Shown: positions 7,957-18,702, counted from the first letter of the stretch. The stretch: 64,000 bases of DNA from Actinomycetes bacterium (GCA_965278945.1 OZ257128.1:1261982-1325981), one strand, 5' to 3'. The notes: generated by a model not told the origin, from the letters alone. Numbers and translations: made by a program.

Positions 7957-9540
7957 CTAGACGCCCTGATAGGTGCGAGTCAGGACGAACTTGTTCCACT
8001 TCCCGGAAATGGCCGGAGCCTTGGCCTTCACGTCGCAGTAGCCCTTCTTGAGCATCTTGAGCTTGACCGCTCCGTTGTCGGCGAAGACCAGCTTGCACAC
8101 CGAGTTCTTGCCCTTGGTGATCGACCAGGTGATCGGCTGGCCGACGTTGGTCTTGCCCTGCGAGGCCTTCTCGAGGGTGATCGTCTTGCCGACGTTGACC
8201 TTGCCAGACTGCGGAGCGGCGAGCTTCGCCGTCTGCGTGCCAGGCGTCAGGTTCACGGTGACCGTGCCGGTCACCGGTCCGTAGCCGTTGCCGCCCGGGC
8301 TGCTAGCAGTCAGCTGGCACTGGCCAGAACCGGTGTTCGCGGTGAACGTTGTCGGCGTGATCGTGCACGGTCCCGATCCTGCGAACGTCACAGGTGCGCC
8401 GGACGCGGTCTGGGCAGTGAAGGTGATCACCGTTGCGTTGGCGACGGTGTAGGTCGCGCCTGCGGTGAGCGTGGTTCCGGCCGAGGTGGTGATGATGATC
8501 TGGTCAGCCTGGGCGGGAGCCGTGCCCACGGAGACCGTCTCCTGGGCTGATCCGGTGACTCCACCGTTGCCCGCCCACGACGCGGCAACCACGAACTGAC
8601 CTGCTGACGGGGGAGTCCAGCGGGTCTGGGCCTGGCCGTTCGCGGCCACCGGCACGTTGGAGGCCAGAATCGCGCCGTTGATCGTGAAGGTCACGGTCCC
8701 CGACGGCGGCACCACGCCGACGACAGCCGTCAGCGTCGACGACAGGCCAGCGGAGAAGCCGGGCGGGTTGCTGAGGTAGAGGTTGACACCGCTCGCGGTG
8801 ACCTCGACGAGGTCAGGTGCGCTCGTGCACGTGGTGCCGCAGGTGGTGTTCTGCGCGGCATTGCCCGCATTCGCTGGCGTGTACGTCGCGATGAGGCTGG
8901 TGGCCCCCAGCGTCGGCGGGACCCACTGGATCTGCGCCACGGACGGCGTCGCCGTGTTCAAGGCGACCGGAGCGCCGATGTTGCTGCCGCCCACGACCGA
9001 GAACTGAACGGTGCCCTGGGGCGAGAACAGGCTGCCCGCTCCGGCCGTGACGGTGGCCGAGACGGTGACGGCCTGGCCGAGCTTGACGGTCGACGGCGAA
9101 CTGATGACCGTGGTCGTCGGGACGGGGGAGATCGCCGACCTGACCGCGGTCGAGTTGGTGCCGGAGACGGTTGCGTAGATGTACCAGACCGTCGCGGAAC
9201 TGGGCACCCATTGATACGTGTACTGGAAGGTGCTGTCGCCAACGCAATTGGCGAAGGTGGCGGTTCCCAGTTGCACGGTCGTGCCGTTTGCGGTGCCGAA
9301 CACGGTCGCTGTCGGGGGCAGGATGCTGCCGCACAGGGCTCCCGAATCGAGGGCTGCGGTGACCTGGAGTGCCTGGGGCACGCCGGTCAGACCGGTGGGC
9401 TGGACTCCGCCCATGGTGACCAGCGTTGCTGCAGACGCGGCGGGCGCGAGGATGACCGAACCGAGAACCAGCGCGGCCGCGGCCGCAGTGCCGGCCACGA
9501 GGGTCGCGAGGCGACCTGGGCGAGCGGGTAGTGGACGCAT
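7957..9540 (-). CDS. secreted Ig-like-repeat protein, paralogue 2
   Basis: 527-aa ORF. Signal peptide (...ILAPAASA|AT). Collinear with paralogue 1 over its full length (roughly 55-65% identity by eye), with the same Cys positions. Confidence 0.7.
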   Translation of the reverse strand: MRPLPARPGRLATLVAGTAAAAALVLGSVILAPAASAATLVTMGGVQPTGLTGVPQALQVTAALDSGALCGSILPPTATVFGTANGTTVQLGTATFANCVGDSTFQYTYQWVPSSATVWYIYATVSGTNSTAVRSAISPVPTTTVISSPSTVKLGQAVTVSATVTAGAGSLFSPQGTVQFSVVGGSNIGAPVALNTATPSVAQIQWVPPTLGATSLIATYTPANAGNAAQNTTCGTTCTSAPDLVEVTASGVNLYLSNPPGFSAGLSSTLTAVVGVVPPSGTVTFTINGAILASNVPVAANGQAQTRWTPPSAGQFVVAASWAGNGGVTGSAQETVSVGTAPAQADQIIITTSAGTTLTAGATYTVANATVITFTAQTASGAPVTFAGSGPCTITPTTFTANTGSGQCQLTASSPGGNGYGPVTGTVTVNLTPGTQTAKLAAPQSGKVNVGKTITLEKASQGKTNVGQPITWSITKGKNSVCKLVFADNGAVKLKMLKKGYCDVKAKAPAISGKWNKFVLTRTYQGV

Positions 9541-9648
9541 GGGGCATTCCCCTCAATTTGAAGTGACCTCGACGGTAACCCACGTACCCGCTCGAACCGC
9601 GCCTCACGCGCCACGCCAACCGGGCCTGCGATAAAGTTCTGGGACTTC

Positions 9649-9720
<72 letters not shown>

Positions 9721-9743
9721 CCTGAGGGATGAGGAGTTCGGCC

Positions 9744-11684
9744 GTGATGACCACCGCTCTTGAAGTTCTGGGAGCGGATCGGTCCATCGTCGCGGCTCGG
9801 ATCAACGGGGAGATCCGCGATCTCAGCACCGCGGTGTCAGACTCCGACATGGTCGAGGCGATCGGCGTCGACACCCCCGAAGGCCTGTCGATCCTGCGGC
9901 ACTCCACCGCGCACGTGCTCGCCCAGGCGGTGCAGCAGACCTTCCCCAGCGCGAAGCTCGGCATCGGGCCGCCGATCAAGGACGGCTTCTACTACGACTT
10001 CGACGTCGAGACTCCCTTCACCCCCGACGACCTCGAGACCCTTGAGAAGGCCATGGTCGCCATCATCAAGTCGGGTCAGCGCTTTTCGCGCCGCACCGTC
10101 GCCGAGGACGAGGCGGTCCGCGAACTGGCCGACGAGCCCTACAAGCTTCGGCTGATCGGCAGCGAGGGCGGCTCCGACGTCATGGAGGTCGGCGGCGCCG
10201 AGCTGACCATCTACGACAACGTGGACCCGAAGTCGGGCGAACGGCGCTGGGGAGACCTGTGCCGCGGCCCGCATGTCCCGGACACTCGCTACATCCCGCA
10301 GAACGCGTTCAAGCTGATGCGTACCGCGGCTGCGTACTGGCTCGGTGACCAGGCCAACGAGCAATTGCAGCGGATCTACGGCACCGCCTGGCCTTCGAAG
10401 GACGACCTGCGCGCGCACCTGACCTTCCTCGAGGAGGCCGAGCGCCGCGACCATCGACGCCTCGGTGCGGAGATGGACCTGTTCAGCTTCCCCGAGCAGA
10501 TCGGCTCAGGCCTGGCTGTCTTCCATCCCAAGGGTGGCGTGGTCCGCCGGGTCATGGAGGACTACTCGCGGCTGCAGCACGAGCGCGCAGGCTACGAGTT
10601 CGTCAACAGCCCGCACATCACCAAGGGTGCGCTCTTCGAGCAGTCCGGCCATCTGGATTGGTATGCCGAGGGCATGTATCCGCCCATGCACCTCGACGCG
10701 GAGATCGACGCCGACGGAGTGGTTCGCAAGCAGGGCGTCGACTACTACCTGAAGCCGATGAACTGCCCGATGCACAGCCTGATCTTCGATGCCCGGGGCC
10801 GCTCGTACCGCGAGCTTCCGCTGCGCATGTTCGAGTTCGGCACCGTCTATCGCTACGAGAAGTCGGGCGTCGTGCAGGGCTTGACTCGCGCGCGCGGCTT
10901 CACCCAGGACGACGCGCACATCTACTGCACCGACGAGCAGATGCCCGCGGAGCTCGACAGCCTGCTGACCTTCGTGCTGGACCTCCTGCGCGACTACGGC
11001 CTCGAGGACTTCTATCTCGAGCTCTCCACGCGCAACCCCGACAAGTCCGTAGGCAGCGAGGAGGACTGGGTGCGAGCAACCGAGGAACTTCGCCTGTCCG
11101 CGGAGAAGCAGAACCTCGAGCTGGTGCTCGACGAGGGAGGCGCGGCCTTCTACGGTCCCAAGATCTCCGTCCAGGCGAAGGACGCGATCGGCCGCACCTG
11201 GCAGATGTCGACGATCCAGGTCGACTTCCAACTGCCCCAGCGCTTCAACCTCGAGTACCAGGCGTCCGACGGCACGCGCAAGCGCCCGGTGATGATCCAC
11301 CGCGCACTGTTCGGCTCGATCGAGCGGTTCTTCGCGGTTCTCCTCGAGCACTACGCGGGTGCGTTCCCACCCTGGCTGGCGCCCGTGCAGGTCATCGCGA
11401 TCCCGGTGACGGATGCGCACAACGATTACCTGATCGACGTGGCATCTCGACTTCGGGCGGCCGGCGTGCGCGTCGAGGTTGACACCGCAGACGACCGGAT
11501 GCAGAAGAAGATCCGCTCTGCACAGAAGTCCAAGGTGCCGTACATGCTCATTGCCGGCGACGACGATGTCGCCGCGGGTGCGGTGTCGTTCAGGTACCGC
11601 AGCGGCGAGCAGAAGAACGGCGTGCCGATCGACGAGGCGATCGCCGAGATCGTGTCCGCGATCGAGTCCCGCGTGCAGGTCTGA
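9744..11684 (+). CDS. thrS: threonine--tRNA ligase
   Basis: ORF 9729..11684. Class II ThrRS motifs ([33 protein letters not shown]). SD GAGGAG at 9731-9736 favours GTG 9744 or ATG 9747 over ATG 9729. Confidence 0.95.
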   Translation: MMTTALEVLGADRSIVAARINGEIRDLSTAVSDSDMVEAIGVDTPEGLSILRHSTAHVLAQAVQQTFPSAKLGIGPPIKDGFYYDFDVETPFTPDDLETLEKAMVAIIKSGQRFSRRTVAEDEAVRELADEPYKLRLIGSEGGSDVMEVGGAELTIYDNVDPKSGERRWGDLCRGPHVPDTRYIPQNAFKLMRTAAAYWLGDQANEQLQRIYGTAWPSKDDLRAHLTFLEEAERRDHRRLGAEMDLFSFPEQIGSGLAVFHPKGGVVRRVMEDYSRLQHERAGYEFVNSPHITKGALFEQSGHLDWYAEGMYPPMHLDAEIDADGVVRKQGVDYYLKPMNCPMHSLIFDARGRSYRELPLRMFEFGTVYRYEKSGVVQGLTRARGFTQDDAHIYCTDEQMPAELDSLLTFVLDLLRDYGLEDFYLELSTRNPDKSVGSEEDWVRATEELRLSAEKQNLELVLDEGGAAFYGPKISVQAKDAIGRTWQMSTIQVDFQLPQRFNLEYQASDGTRKRPVMIHRALFGSIERFFAVLLEHYAGAFPPWLAPVQVIAIPVTDAHNDYLIDVASRLRAAGVRVEVDTADDRMQKKIRSAQKSKVPYMLIAGDDDVAAGAVSFRYRSGEQKNGVPIDEAIAEIVSAIESRVQV

Positions 11685-11685
11685 C

Positions 11686-12201
11686 GTGACGGACGCGTGG
11701 GAGCGGCTCTACACACCGCATCGCATGGTCTACCTGCGCGGTGAGGGCAAGCCCGTGAGCGAGGAGCCCGGCGACGGCTGCCCGTTCTGTCGTGCGCCGG
11801 GAATGCCGACCGACGAGGGACTCGTCGTGGCGCGCGGCGAGCACGTGTACGCCGTTCTCAACCTGTACCCGTACAACGCGGGTCACCTCATGGTGTGTCC
11901 GTATCGTCACGTCGCCGACTACCCGGACCTGTCGACCGCGGAGGTCGCCGAGCTCGGAGCGTTCACGCAGAAGTCGATGACCGTCCTGCGTGCGGTGTCG
12001 GGTGCGCACGGGTTCAACATCGGCATGAACCAGGGCGCGGTATCGGGTGCGGGCATTGCGGCGCACCTGCACCAGCACGTCGTGCCGCGATGGGGCGGCG
12101 ACACGAACTTCATGCCGATCGTCGGCGCGACGAAGGTCATCCCGCAGTTGCTGGAGGACACCCGCGCGCTGCTCGCCACCGAGTGGGAGTCGGTCGCCTA
12201 G
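11686..12201 (+). CDS. HIT-family nucleotide hydrolase/transferase
   Basis: GTG 11686, in frame with ORF 11479..12201. Histidine triad HLHQHVVPR. Conserved position after thrS. Confidence 0.85.
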   Translation: MTDAWERLYTPHRMVYLRGEGKPVSEEPGDGCPFCRAPGMPTDEGLVVARGEHVYAVLNLYPYNAGHLMVCPYRHVADYPDLSTAEVAELGAFTQKSMTVLRAVSGAHGFNIGMNQGAVSGAGIAAHLHQHVVPRWGGDTNFMPIVGATKVIPQLLEDTRALLATEWESVA

Positions 12202-14342
12202 ACCTCGGTGAGCTTCTTGGCCAGGTTCGGCGGGACGACTGCGTAGCCGGACGGCTCGCGAGTGAAGTCACCGGTGCCGTGAGTGATGCTGCGGATGTCG
12301 ATCGCGTAGCGCGAGATCTCCGACTCCGGAATGGAGGCGACGACCTGCGAGCGTCCGCCGGGCAGGGCCGTGGTGCCCGTGACATGGCCGCGCCGAGTCG
12401 CCACGTCCGCGATGACCGCGCCGACATGATCGTCGGGGACATCGACGGTGACCTTCGCCACCGGCTCGAGAAGGGTGATCTCGCTCTTGCTGGCGGCATC
12501 CTTGAGCGCGAGTGCTCCTGCCGTCTGGAAGGCCATGTCCGATGAGTCGACGCTGTGCGACTTGCCGTCGTTGAGGGTCACGCGGATGTCCACGACCGGG
12601 AACCCGGCCTGCAGGCCATGAGCCATCTGCTGGCGCACGCCCTTTTCTACTGAAGGGATGAAGGAGCGGGGAACCGCGCCGCCGACCACCTTGTCGACGA
12701 ACTCGAACCCGGCGCCGGACTCCAGCGGTTCGACAGTGATGTCGACAACCGCATACTGCCCGTGGCCGCCCGACTGCTTGACGAGCCGACCGGTTCCGCT
12801 CGCACCCGTGGCAAAGGTCTCCCGGAACGAGGCGCGGACCTGCGCCTGGTCGACTCCGACTCCGTATCGCGTGCGGATGCGATCGATGATGAGATCGGCG
12901 TGGGCCTCGCCGAGGGTCCACAAGATGATCTGGCCGGTCTCCTCGGGATGCTCCACCCGCAGTGTCGGATCCTCGGCAGCGATGCGACCCAGGGCCGTGC
13001 CGAGCTTGTCCTCGTCGCCTGCGCTTCGCGCCGTGATGGCCACGGGGAGAAGCGGAACCGGCATGTGCCAGGGCTCCATGAGAAGCGGACGGTCGGGCGA
13101 GGAGAGAGTGTCGCCGGTCTCCGCGCGGGCCAGCTTGCTGACCGCGACGATGCTGCCCGCAATAGCCGAGTCCGCTGCCGTGTGCTGGCTGCCGACCATC
13201 CGGGTGATGTGACCGATGCGCTCGTCGACATCGTGGTCGACATGCCCGCTGCCGTCGGAGAAGTGACCGGAGACGTGCACCACGGTCTCCGCGCGCAAGG
13301 TGCCGGAGAAGACCCGGACCACGGAGATCTTCCCGACGTACGGATCGCTCGTCGTCTTGATGACCTCGACGCACAGCGGTCCGTCCGGATCGGCCTCGAT
13401 CGGCTGCACCGGGGATCCGTCGGTGGTGGTGACCGTGGGCGGCGCATGCTCCGCCGGCGACGGGAAGGCCCGGGCGATGAGATCGAGGATGAGCTCGGAG
13501 CCAACGTTGGCCGACGTCACCGCGTGTCCCATGACGGGATGGAAGTGCGCTCGAGCGACCGCGCGCTCAAGATCGACCGTCAGCGTCTCGGTATCGATGA
13601 GCTCGCCGTCGATGAAGCGATCCATCAGCGTCTCGTCCTCGGACTCGGTGATGATCCCTTCGATCAGTTCGCTCCGCGAGGCCTCGATGAGGTCGAGGTG
13701 GCGATCCTCGGGAGCACGCACGGCGGGGGATCCGGTGCTCCAGTCCCACAACTCGTCGTCGAGAAGGTCGATGAAGCCGGCAACGACGCCATCGTCCGCG
13801 TGCATCGGAAGGAACAGGGGAAGGATCCCGCCGCCGCCGACGAAGATCCGCTTGCACACCGCGACCGTCTCGTCGAAGTCCGCACGTTCCTTGTCGAGAT
13901 TGGTGACGACGATGGCCCGCGGCATCGAGACCGCCTCGCATTCGTCCCACAGTCGCGCGGTCGCCGCATCGATGCCGTCGACGGATGAGACCACGAACAG
14001 CGCCGCGTCGGCTCCGCGCAGCCCGGCCCGCAGTTCCCCGGTGAAGTCCGCATAGCCGGGGGTGTCGATGAAGGTCACGACCGCGTCCTTCCACCCCACG
14101 GTCGCGACAGCCAGGCCGACGGAGCGCTTCTGGCGCACGGCGACCGGGTCCGTGTCGCCGATGCTGGAGCCGTCGGTCACCGAGCCGCGTCGATGGGTCG
14201 CGCCGGCCGCATTGAGCAGGGACTCAAGGAGCGAGGTCTTGCCGGATCCGGCAGGTCCGACGAGGACCACGTTCCGAATCTGGGCGGGTGAGTCAGCGAC
14301 GGGGGAGACCCCCGGCTTCCTGTCCGAACGCCTGTCGACCAT
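12198..14342 (-). CDS. elongation factor G-like GTPase (EF-G2 type)
   Basis: ORF 12198..14387, likely start ATG 14342 (MVDRRSD...). G-domain motifs GPAGSGKTS, DTPGYADF, TNLDK, followed by EF-G domains II-V. 4-bp convergent overlap with the HIT stop. Confidence 0.85.
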   Translation of the reverse strand: MVDRRSDRKPGVSPVADSPAQIRNVVLVGPAGSGKTSLLESLLNAAGATHRRGSVTDGSSIGDTDPVAVRQKRSVGLAVATVGWKDAVVTFIDTPGYADFTGELRAGLRGADAALFVVSSVDGIDAATARLWDECEAVSMPRAIVVTNLDKERADFDETVAVCKRIFVGGGGILPLFLPMHADDGVVAGFIDLLDDELWDWSTGSPAVRAPEDRHLDLIEASRSELIEGIITESEDETLMDRFIDGELIDTETLTVDLERAVARAHFHPVMGHAVTSANVGSELILDLIARAFPSPAEHAPPTVTTTDGSPVQPIEADPDGPLCVEVIKTTSDPYVGKISVVRVFSGTLRAETVVHVSGHFSDGSGHVDHDVDERIGHITRMVGSQHTAADSAIAGSIVAVSKLARAETGDTLSSPDRPLLMEPWHMPVPLLPVAITARSAGDEDKLGTALGRIAAEDPTLRVEHPEETGQIILWTLGEAHADLIIDRIRTRYGVGVDQAQVRASFRETFATGASGTGRLVKQSGGHGQYAVVDITVEPLESGAGFEFVDKVVGGAVPRSFIPSVEKGVRQQMAHGLQAGFPVVDIRVTLNDGKSHSVDSSDMAFQTAGALALKDAASKSEITLLEPVAKVTVDVPDDHVGAVIADVATRRGHVTGTTALPGGRSQVVASIPESEISRYAIDIRSITHGTGDFTREPSGYAVVPPNLAKKLTEV

Positions 14343-14428
14343 GTGTGCAGCTCCCGCCTGATTCTGGCTAGCCTCCACCCTTCGCATTGCTCAAGGCAAC
14401 CGGAACCGCTGACCGATACGATCGACCC

Positions 14429-15055
14429 GTGCTCAACAACCCCGCCGCCCGGCGCGTGATGAGCGTGGTAATCGAGCCGACCGCCCGATTGATGCTCCGC
14501 TTGCGTGTCTCACCGGACGCCGTGACGGTTTTCGGCACGGTCGCAGTCGTCGTCGTTGCCCTTGTCTGCCTTCCGCAAGGGTGGTTCGTCCCGGCCGTCC
14601 TCATCATTCTCGTGCTCGCCTTCAGCGATCTCCTCGACGGCACGATGGCCCGGCTGGCGGGGACATCGGGTCCGTGGGGCAACTTCCTCGATGCCACGCT
14701 GGACCGCATCGGCGACGGAGCGATCTTCGGCGGACTCGCGCTCTACGGCGCATTCAACGACCAGCCGTGGGTGACCGCCGCCGCGACGCTGGCCTTGGTG
14801 ACCGGTCAGGTGACGTCGTACGCGAAGGCCAGGGCCGAGGCCGTCGGCGCGACCGCGAACGTGGGCATTGCCGAGCGCGCGGAGCGACTCATCATCGCGG
14901 GCATAGCCGCCCTGCTCGCCGGCTTCGGGGTCCCTTACGTCCTGCCGGCCGCGCTGTGGCTTATCGGAGCGCTGGGATTGATCACGATCGCGCAGCGGAT
15001 CGTCACGGTCCGCGGCCAGCTCATCATCCGTCCGCAGCCGGACGCGCATGAGTGA
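14429..15055 (+). CDS. pgsA: CDP-alcohol phosphatidyltransferase (phosphatidylinositol phosphate synthase type)
   Basis: Motif DLLDGTMARLAGTSGPWGNFLDATLDRIGD. The ORF opens at 14387; GTG 14429 gives an N-terminus matching mycobacterial PgsA1 in length. Confidence 0.85.
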   Translation: MLNNPAARRVMSVVIEPTARLMLRLRVSPDAVTVFGTVAVVVVALVCLPQGWFVPAVLIILVLAFSDLLDGTMARLAGTSGPWGNFLDATLDRIGDGAIFGGLALYGAFNDQPWVTAAATLALVTGQVTSYAKARAEAVGATANVGIAERAERLIIAGIAALLAGFGVPYVLPAALWLIGALGLITIAQRIVTVRGQLIIRPQPDAHE

Positions 15056-15971
15056 GGCGAGACCTGCCAGTCGTCCGTCGGCTGGCGACGCCATCACGGA
15101 GTGGGCATTCGCCGCAGGTTGGCAGCTGGTCAAGTGGCTTCCCGAGGCCGTGGCGTATCGGGCATTCGACGCGGCAGCTGACGTGCTGTGGCGCCGACGC
15201 GGCGGCGGCATCCTCCAGTTCGAACGAAACCAGGCCCGGATCCACCCAGAACTCGATGCCAGCCAGCTGTCGGCCCTGAGCCGCGAGGGGATGCGCAGCT
15301 ATCTGCGCTACTGGTGCGACGCGTTCCGGCTGCCCACCTGGTCCATCGAGAAGATCAACACCTTCGGACTCGAACGGGTCGAGCTCCTCGACGTGGCGAT
15401 GGCAGACGGCAATGGCGTGGTCATCGCGCTGAATCACGGCGGCAACTGGGATCACGCAGGCGCCTGGGCATGCGGACGATACGGACAGATCACGACGGTT
15501 GCCGAGCGGCTCAAGCCGGAGGGGCTCTTCAATCGCTTCCTCGCTTTCCGCGAGTCGCTGGGCATGGAGATCGTGCCGCTCGGGGATCCCGATCTCATGC
15601 GGATCCTGGCGCGCCGTCTGAAGGAAGGCCGACTGGTCCCGCTGCTAGGCGACCGAGACATCAGTCGCAACGGCGTCGAGGTCGAGTTCTTCGGGAGCAC
15701 CGCGTCGTTCCCCGCAGGACCTGCGGTGCTGACCATGCTCACCGGAGCCACGTTGCTGCCTGTGACGCTGTGGTATTCGCCCGATGCGGGCACCGGCTAC
15801 ATCCACGACCCGATCCCGATCCCGACCGAAGGAAGCCGCGCAGAGAAGGTCAAGGTCATGACGCAGCAGGTGGCCGACGCCTTCGCGGAAGGGCTGCGCG
15901 ACCACAGCGTCGACTGGCACATGATGCAGCCGGTCTGGCTCGAGGACCTCGATCCGGCGCGGCGCGGATGA
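15048..15971 (+). CDS. lysophospholipid/PIM acyltransferase (HtrB/PatA-like)
   Basis: 307-aa ORF overlapping pgsA by 8 nt and pimA by ATGA. Contains NHGGNWD (HX4D-type acyltransferase motif variant). Conserved pgsA-acyltransferase-pimA order. Confidence 0.8.
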   Translation: MSEARPASRPSAGDAITEWAFAAGWQLVKWLPEAVAYRAFDAAADVLWRRRGGGILQFERNQARIHPELDASQLSALSREGMRSYLRYWCDAFRLPTWSIEKINTFGLERVELLDVAMADGNGVVIALNHGGNWDHAGAWACGRYGQITTVAERLKPEGLFNRFLAFRESLGMEIVPLGDPDLMRILARRLKEGRLVPLLGDRDISRNGVEVEFFGSTASFPAGPAVLTMLTGATLLPVTLWYSPDAGTGYIHDPIPIPTEGSRAEKVKVMTQQVADAFAEGLRDHSVDWHMMQPVWLEDLDPARRG

Positions 15972-17155
15972 AGATCGGACTGGTGTGTCCATACGCCTGG
16001 GACCTGCCGGGCGGCGTGCGCTCGCACGTGGCGGATCTGGCCGTCGTTCTCAGCGAGCACGGGCACGAGGTCAGCGTCCTGGCTCCGGTCATCAACCCCG
16101 ACGACCTGCCTTCCTATGTCGTCGACGGCGGCCGGCCGATCTCCATTCGCTACAACGGATCGGTCGCGCGCTTGAGCATCGGCGTGCGCGCGACGCGGCG
16201 CGTGCGCAACTGGGTGCGCGCGGGCGACTTCGACATCGTCCACGTGCACGAGCCGATGGCGCCGAGCCTGTCGATGCTCGCCCTGTGGTCGTCGCGCGGC
16301 CCGCTTGTCGCGACGTGGCATTCGTCGCAGGACCGCTCACGAATCCTCGCGGCCGGTTACTACCTCGCGCAGACAGTGATGGAGAAGGTTCGCGGTCGCA
16401 TCGCGGTGAGCGAGGATGCGCGGCGCACCCTCGTCGCCCACGTCGGCGGCGACGCGGTGCTCATTCCCAACGGAGTACGCGTGTCGGCGTTCGCCAATGT
16501 CGAGCGGCTGCCCGACGTCGATCCTGCGCATCCCAGCGTGCTGTTCCTCGGGCGCATGGATGAGCCCCGCAAGGGCCTCGGCATTCTGCTCGACGCACTT
16601 CCGCAGGTTCTCACCGCCGTGCCGGACCTTCAGGTGCTGATCGCCGGGCCTGGCGACATCGACGACCAGATCGACGAGGTGCCGGAGTCGGCCAGGGCGA
16701 ATGTCCGCTTCCTGGGCTTCATCAGCGACGAGGACAAGACGCGCGCTCTTCGTTCGGTCGACGTCTACGTCGCGCCGCACACGGGAGGCGAGTCCTTCGG
16801 AATCGTCCTGGTCGAGGCGATGGCCGCGCAGGCTGCGGTCCTCGCCTCCGATCTTCCCGCCTTCCGGCGGGTACTCGATGACGGCGCCTACGGCCGGCTG
16901 TTCGCCAATCAGGACTCGCAGTCCCTCGCGGAGGGGCTCATCGACCTGCTCGGCAACGACGACATCCGCTCCGCGTACGTCAAGGCTGCCGATCGCCGAG
17001 TCCGAAGCTTCGACTGGGACCGAGTCGTCGAGGACGTGATCGCCGTCTATGACAGCGTGCGGACCCCCGGCGAGAAGGTGACCGAGGACCTGCGCGGACA
17101 ACTTGTAGGCAGGCTGAACCCGCGCGGAGACGCATCCAGGAGCGAGGGTCAATGA
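15968..17155 (+). CDS. pimA: GT4 glycosyltransferase, phosphatidylinositol alpha-mannosyltransferase
   Basis: ATG 15968 (MKIGLVCPYAWDLPGGVRSHV...) in frame with ORF 15188..17155. C-terminal GGESFGIVLVEAMAA (E-x7-E). Confidence 0.85.
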   Translation: MKIGLVCPYAWDLPGGVRSHVADLAVVLSEHGHEVSVLAPVINPDDLPSYVVDGGRPISIRYNGSVARLSIGVRATRRVRNWVRAGDFDIVHVHEPMAPSLSMLALWSSRGPLVATWHSSQDRSRILAAGYYLAQTVMEKVRGRIAVSEDARRTLVAHVGGDAVLIPNGVRVSAFANVERLPDVDPAHPSVLFLGRMDEPRKGLGILLDALPQVLTAVPDLQVLIAGPGDIDDQIDEVPESARANVRFLGFISDEDKTRALRSVDVYVAPHTGGESFGIVLVEAMAAQAAVLASDLPAFRRVLDDGAYGRLFANQDSQSLAEGLIDLLGNDDIRSAYVKAADRRVRSFDWDRVVEDVIAVYDSVRTPGEKVTEDLRGQLVGRLNPRGDASRSEGQ

Positions 17156-17703
17156 GCGGGTGGATGCTGTTCGGCATCATCGTGGTGATCGTCGTCCTGC
17201 TGGCCGGGTTCTACCTAAGCATGACCGCGGGACGGCTCGATCACCTGCACCGTCGAATCGACCTGGCCAGGCTCGCGCTCGACGCGCAACTGCTGCGCCG
17301 GTCGTCCGTCGCCTTGGAACTGGCGTCATCTGGACTGCTCGATCCCGCCGCGAGCCTGGTCATGGCGGAGGCCGCGCACGAGGCTAGAACGGCGACTGAC
17401 GGATCCGACGTCGATCGCGCGCTCGCCGAGTCGGACCTGACCGCTGCCCTCGTGGCCGCTCTCGATCCCGATGACATCGAGGAGGTCAATGCGGCGCCGA
17501 GCGGAGCGCAGATGCTCGCCGAGCTCGATGCCGCATGCAGCCGGGTCGAGCTGTCGAGGCGATTCCTCAACGATGCGGTGCGTGCCTGCCGCCAATTGCG
17601 TCGCCAGCGCATGGTCCGCCTGTTCGGACTCGCTGGCCACACCCCCTGGCCGGATACGTGGGAGATGGACGACACCGTTCCCGCAGGCCTGCTCGAGCCG
17701 TGA
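17152..17703 (+). CDS. hypothetical N-terminally membrane-anchored protein
   Basis: 183-aa ORF, ATGA-coupled to pimA. One N-terminal TM helix (LFGIIVVIVVLLAGFYL), then a helical Ala/Leu/Arg-rich domain. Function not recognised. Confidence 0.55.
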   Translation: MSGWMLFGIIVVIVVLLAGFYLSMTAGRLDHLHRRIDLARLALDAQLLRRSSVALELASSGLLDPAASLVMAEAAHEARTATDGSDVDRALAESDLTAALVAALDPDDIEEVNAAPSGAQMLAELDAACSRVELSRRFLNDAVRACRQLRRQRMVRLFGLAGHTPWPDTWEMDDTVPAGLLEP

Positions 17704-17775
17704 AAGTCCGGTGCTGCCGACGGCTTTGGGACGCCCTAGGATTGGCTGCCTAGCACCGTACGAACCAGTGCGTGC

Positions 17776-18702
17776 GTGATGGTGGAGGTCGAAGTGTCGG
17801 ATTCGGTGGGAACTCTGCGGGTCAAGCGTGGCATGGCCGAGATGCTCAAGGGCGGCGTCATCATGGACGTGGTCACGGCCGAGCAGGCCAAGATCGCCGA
17901 GGACGCTGGCGCTGTCGCAGTCATGGCACTCGAGCGAGTCCCCGCCGACATCCGCGCGCAGGGCGGGGTCTCGCGCATGTCCGATCCCGACATGATCGAC
18001 GGCATCATCGCGGCGGTGTCGATCCCCGTCATGGCGAAGGCGCGCATCGGTCACTTCGCCGAGGCGCAGGTGCTGCAGTCCCTGGGCGTCGACTACATCG
18101 ACGAGTCCGAGGTTCTTACTCCCGCCGACTACGCCAACCACATCGACAAGTGGCAGTTCACCGTTCCCTTCGTCTGCGGATCGACCAACCTGGGCGAGGC
18201 ACTGCGCCGCATCACCGAGGGCGCGGCGATGATCCGGTCCAAGGGCGAGGCCGGCACCGGCGACGTGTCCAACGCCGTGACCCACATGCGCAAGATCCTG
18301 GGCCAGATCCGTCAGCTCAGCGTGATGTCCAAGGACGAGCTGTACGTCGCGGCCAAGGAGCTGCAGGCGCCGTACGACCTGGTCGCCGAGGTCGCCGAGC
18401 GCGGCTCGCTGCCAGTCGTGCTGTTCACCGCCGGCGGCATCGCCACTCCGGCCGACGCCGCGATGATGATGCAGCTCGGGGCAGACGGAGTCTTCGTCGG
18501 CTCGGGCATCTTCAAGTCCGGCGGCGGACCCGCATCACCCGAGGATGCCTCCAAGCGCGCCCAGGCGATCGTGCAGGCAACCCGCCACTTCGACAACCCC
18601 GACATCGTCGCCAAGGTCTCCCGCGGACTCGGCGAGGCCATGGTCGGCATCAATGTGGCCGACATCCCCGTCCACCACCGCTTGGAAGACCGGGGCTGGT
18701 GA
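17776..18702 (+). CDS. pdxS: pyridoxal 5'-phosphate synthase lyase subunit
   Basis: 308-aa ORF with [17 protein letters not shown] ... and GSGIFKSG. Confidence 0.95.
   Translation: MMVEVEVSDSVGTLRVKRGMAEMLKGGVIMDVVTAEQAKIAEDAGAVAVMALERVPADIRAQGGVSRMSDPDMIDGIIAAVSIPVMAKARIGHFAEAQVLQSLGVDYIDESEVLTPADYANHIDKWQFTVPFVCGSTNLGEALRRITEGAAMIRSKGEAGTGDVSNAVTHMRKILGQIRQLSVMSKDELYVAAKELQAPYDLVAEVAERGSLPVVLFTAGGIATPADAAMMMQLGADGVFVGSGIFKSGGGPASPEDASKRAQAIVQATRHFDNPDIVAKVSRGLGEAMVGINVADIPVHHRLEDRGW

Noticed and set aside
6462-9619. Long alternative-frame ORFs inside the Ig-like genes (6462..7625, 8813..9619, 7942..8550 and others)
   Set aside because: Extreme Arg/Pro/His/Gly composition. The frames overlap well-structured secreted-protein frames that have signal peptides.
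15188-17155. 655-aa ORF that looks like one giant protein
   Set aside because: Only the part from ATG 15968 (MKIGLVCPY...) is PimA. The first 260 codons are an out-of-frame read-through of the acyltransferase gene, with Arg/Pro-rich nonsense composition. The same artefact explains the long N-terminal extensions of ORFs 17772..19307 (pdxT), 21585..22733 (ruvA), 33911..36010 (aspS), 38279..39961 (rarA) and 46925..48163 (aroB).
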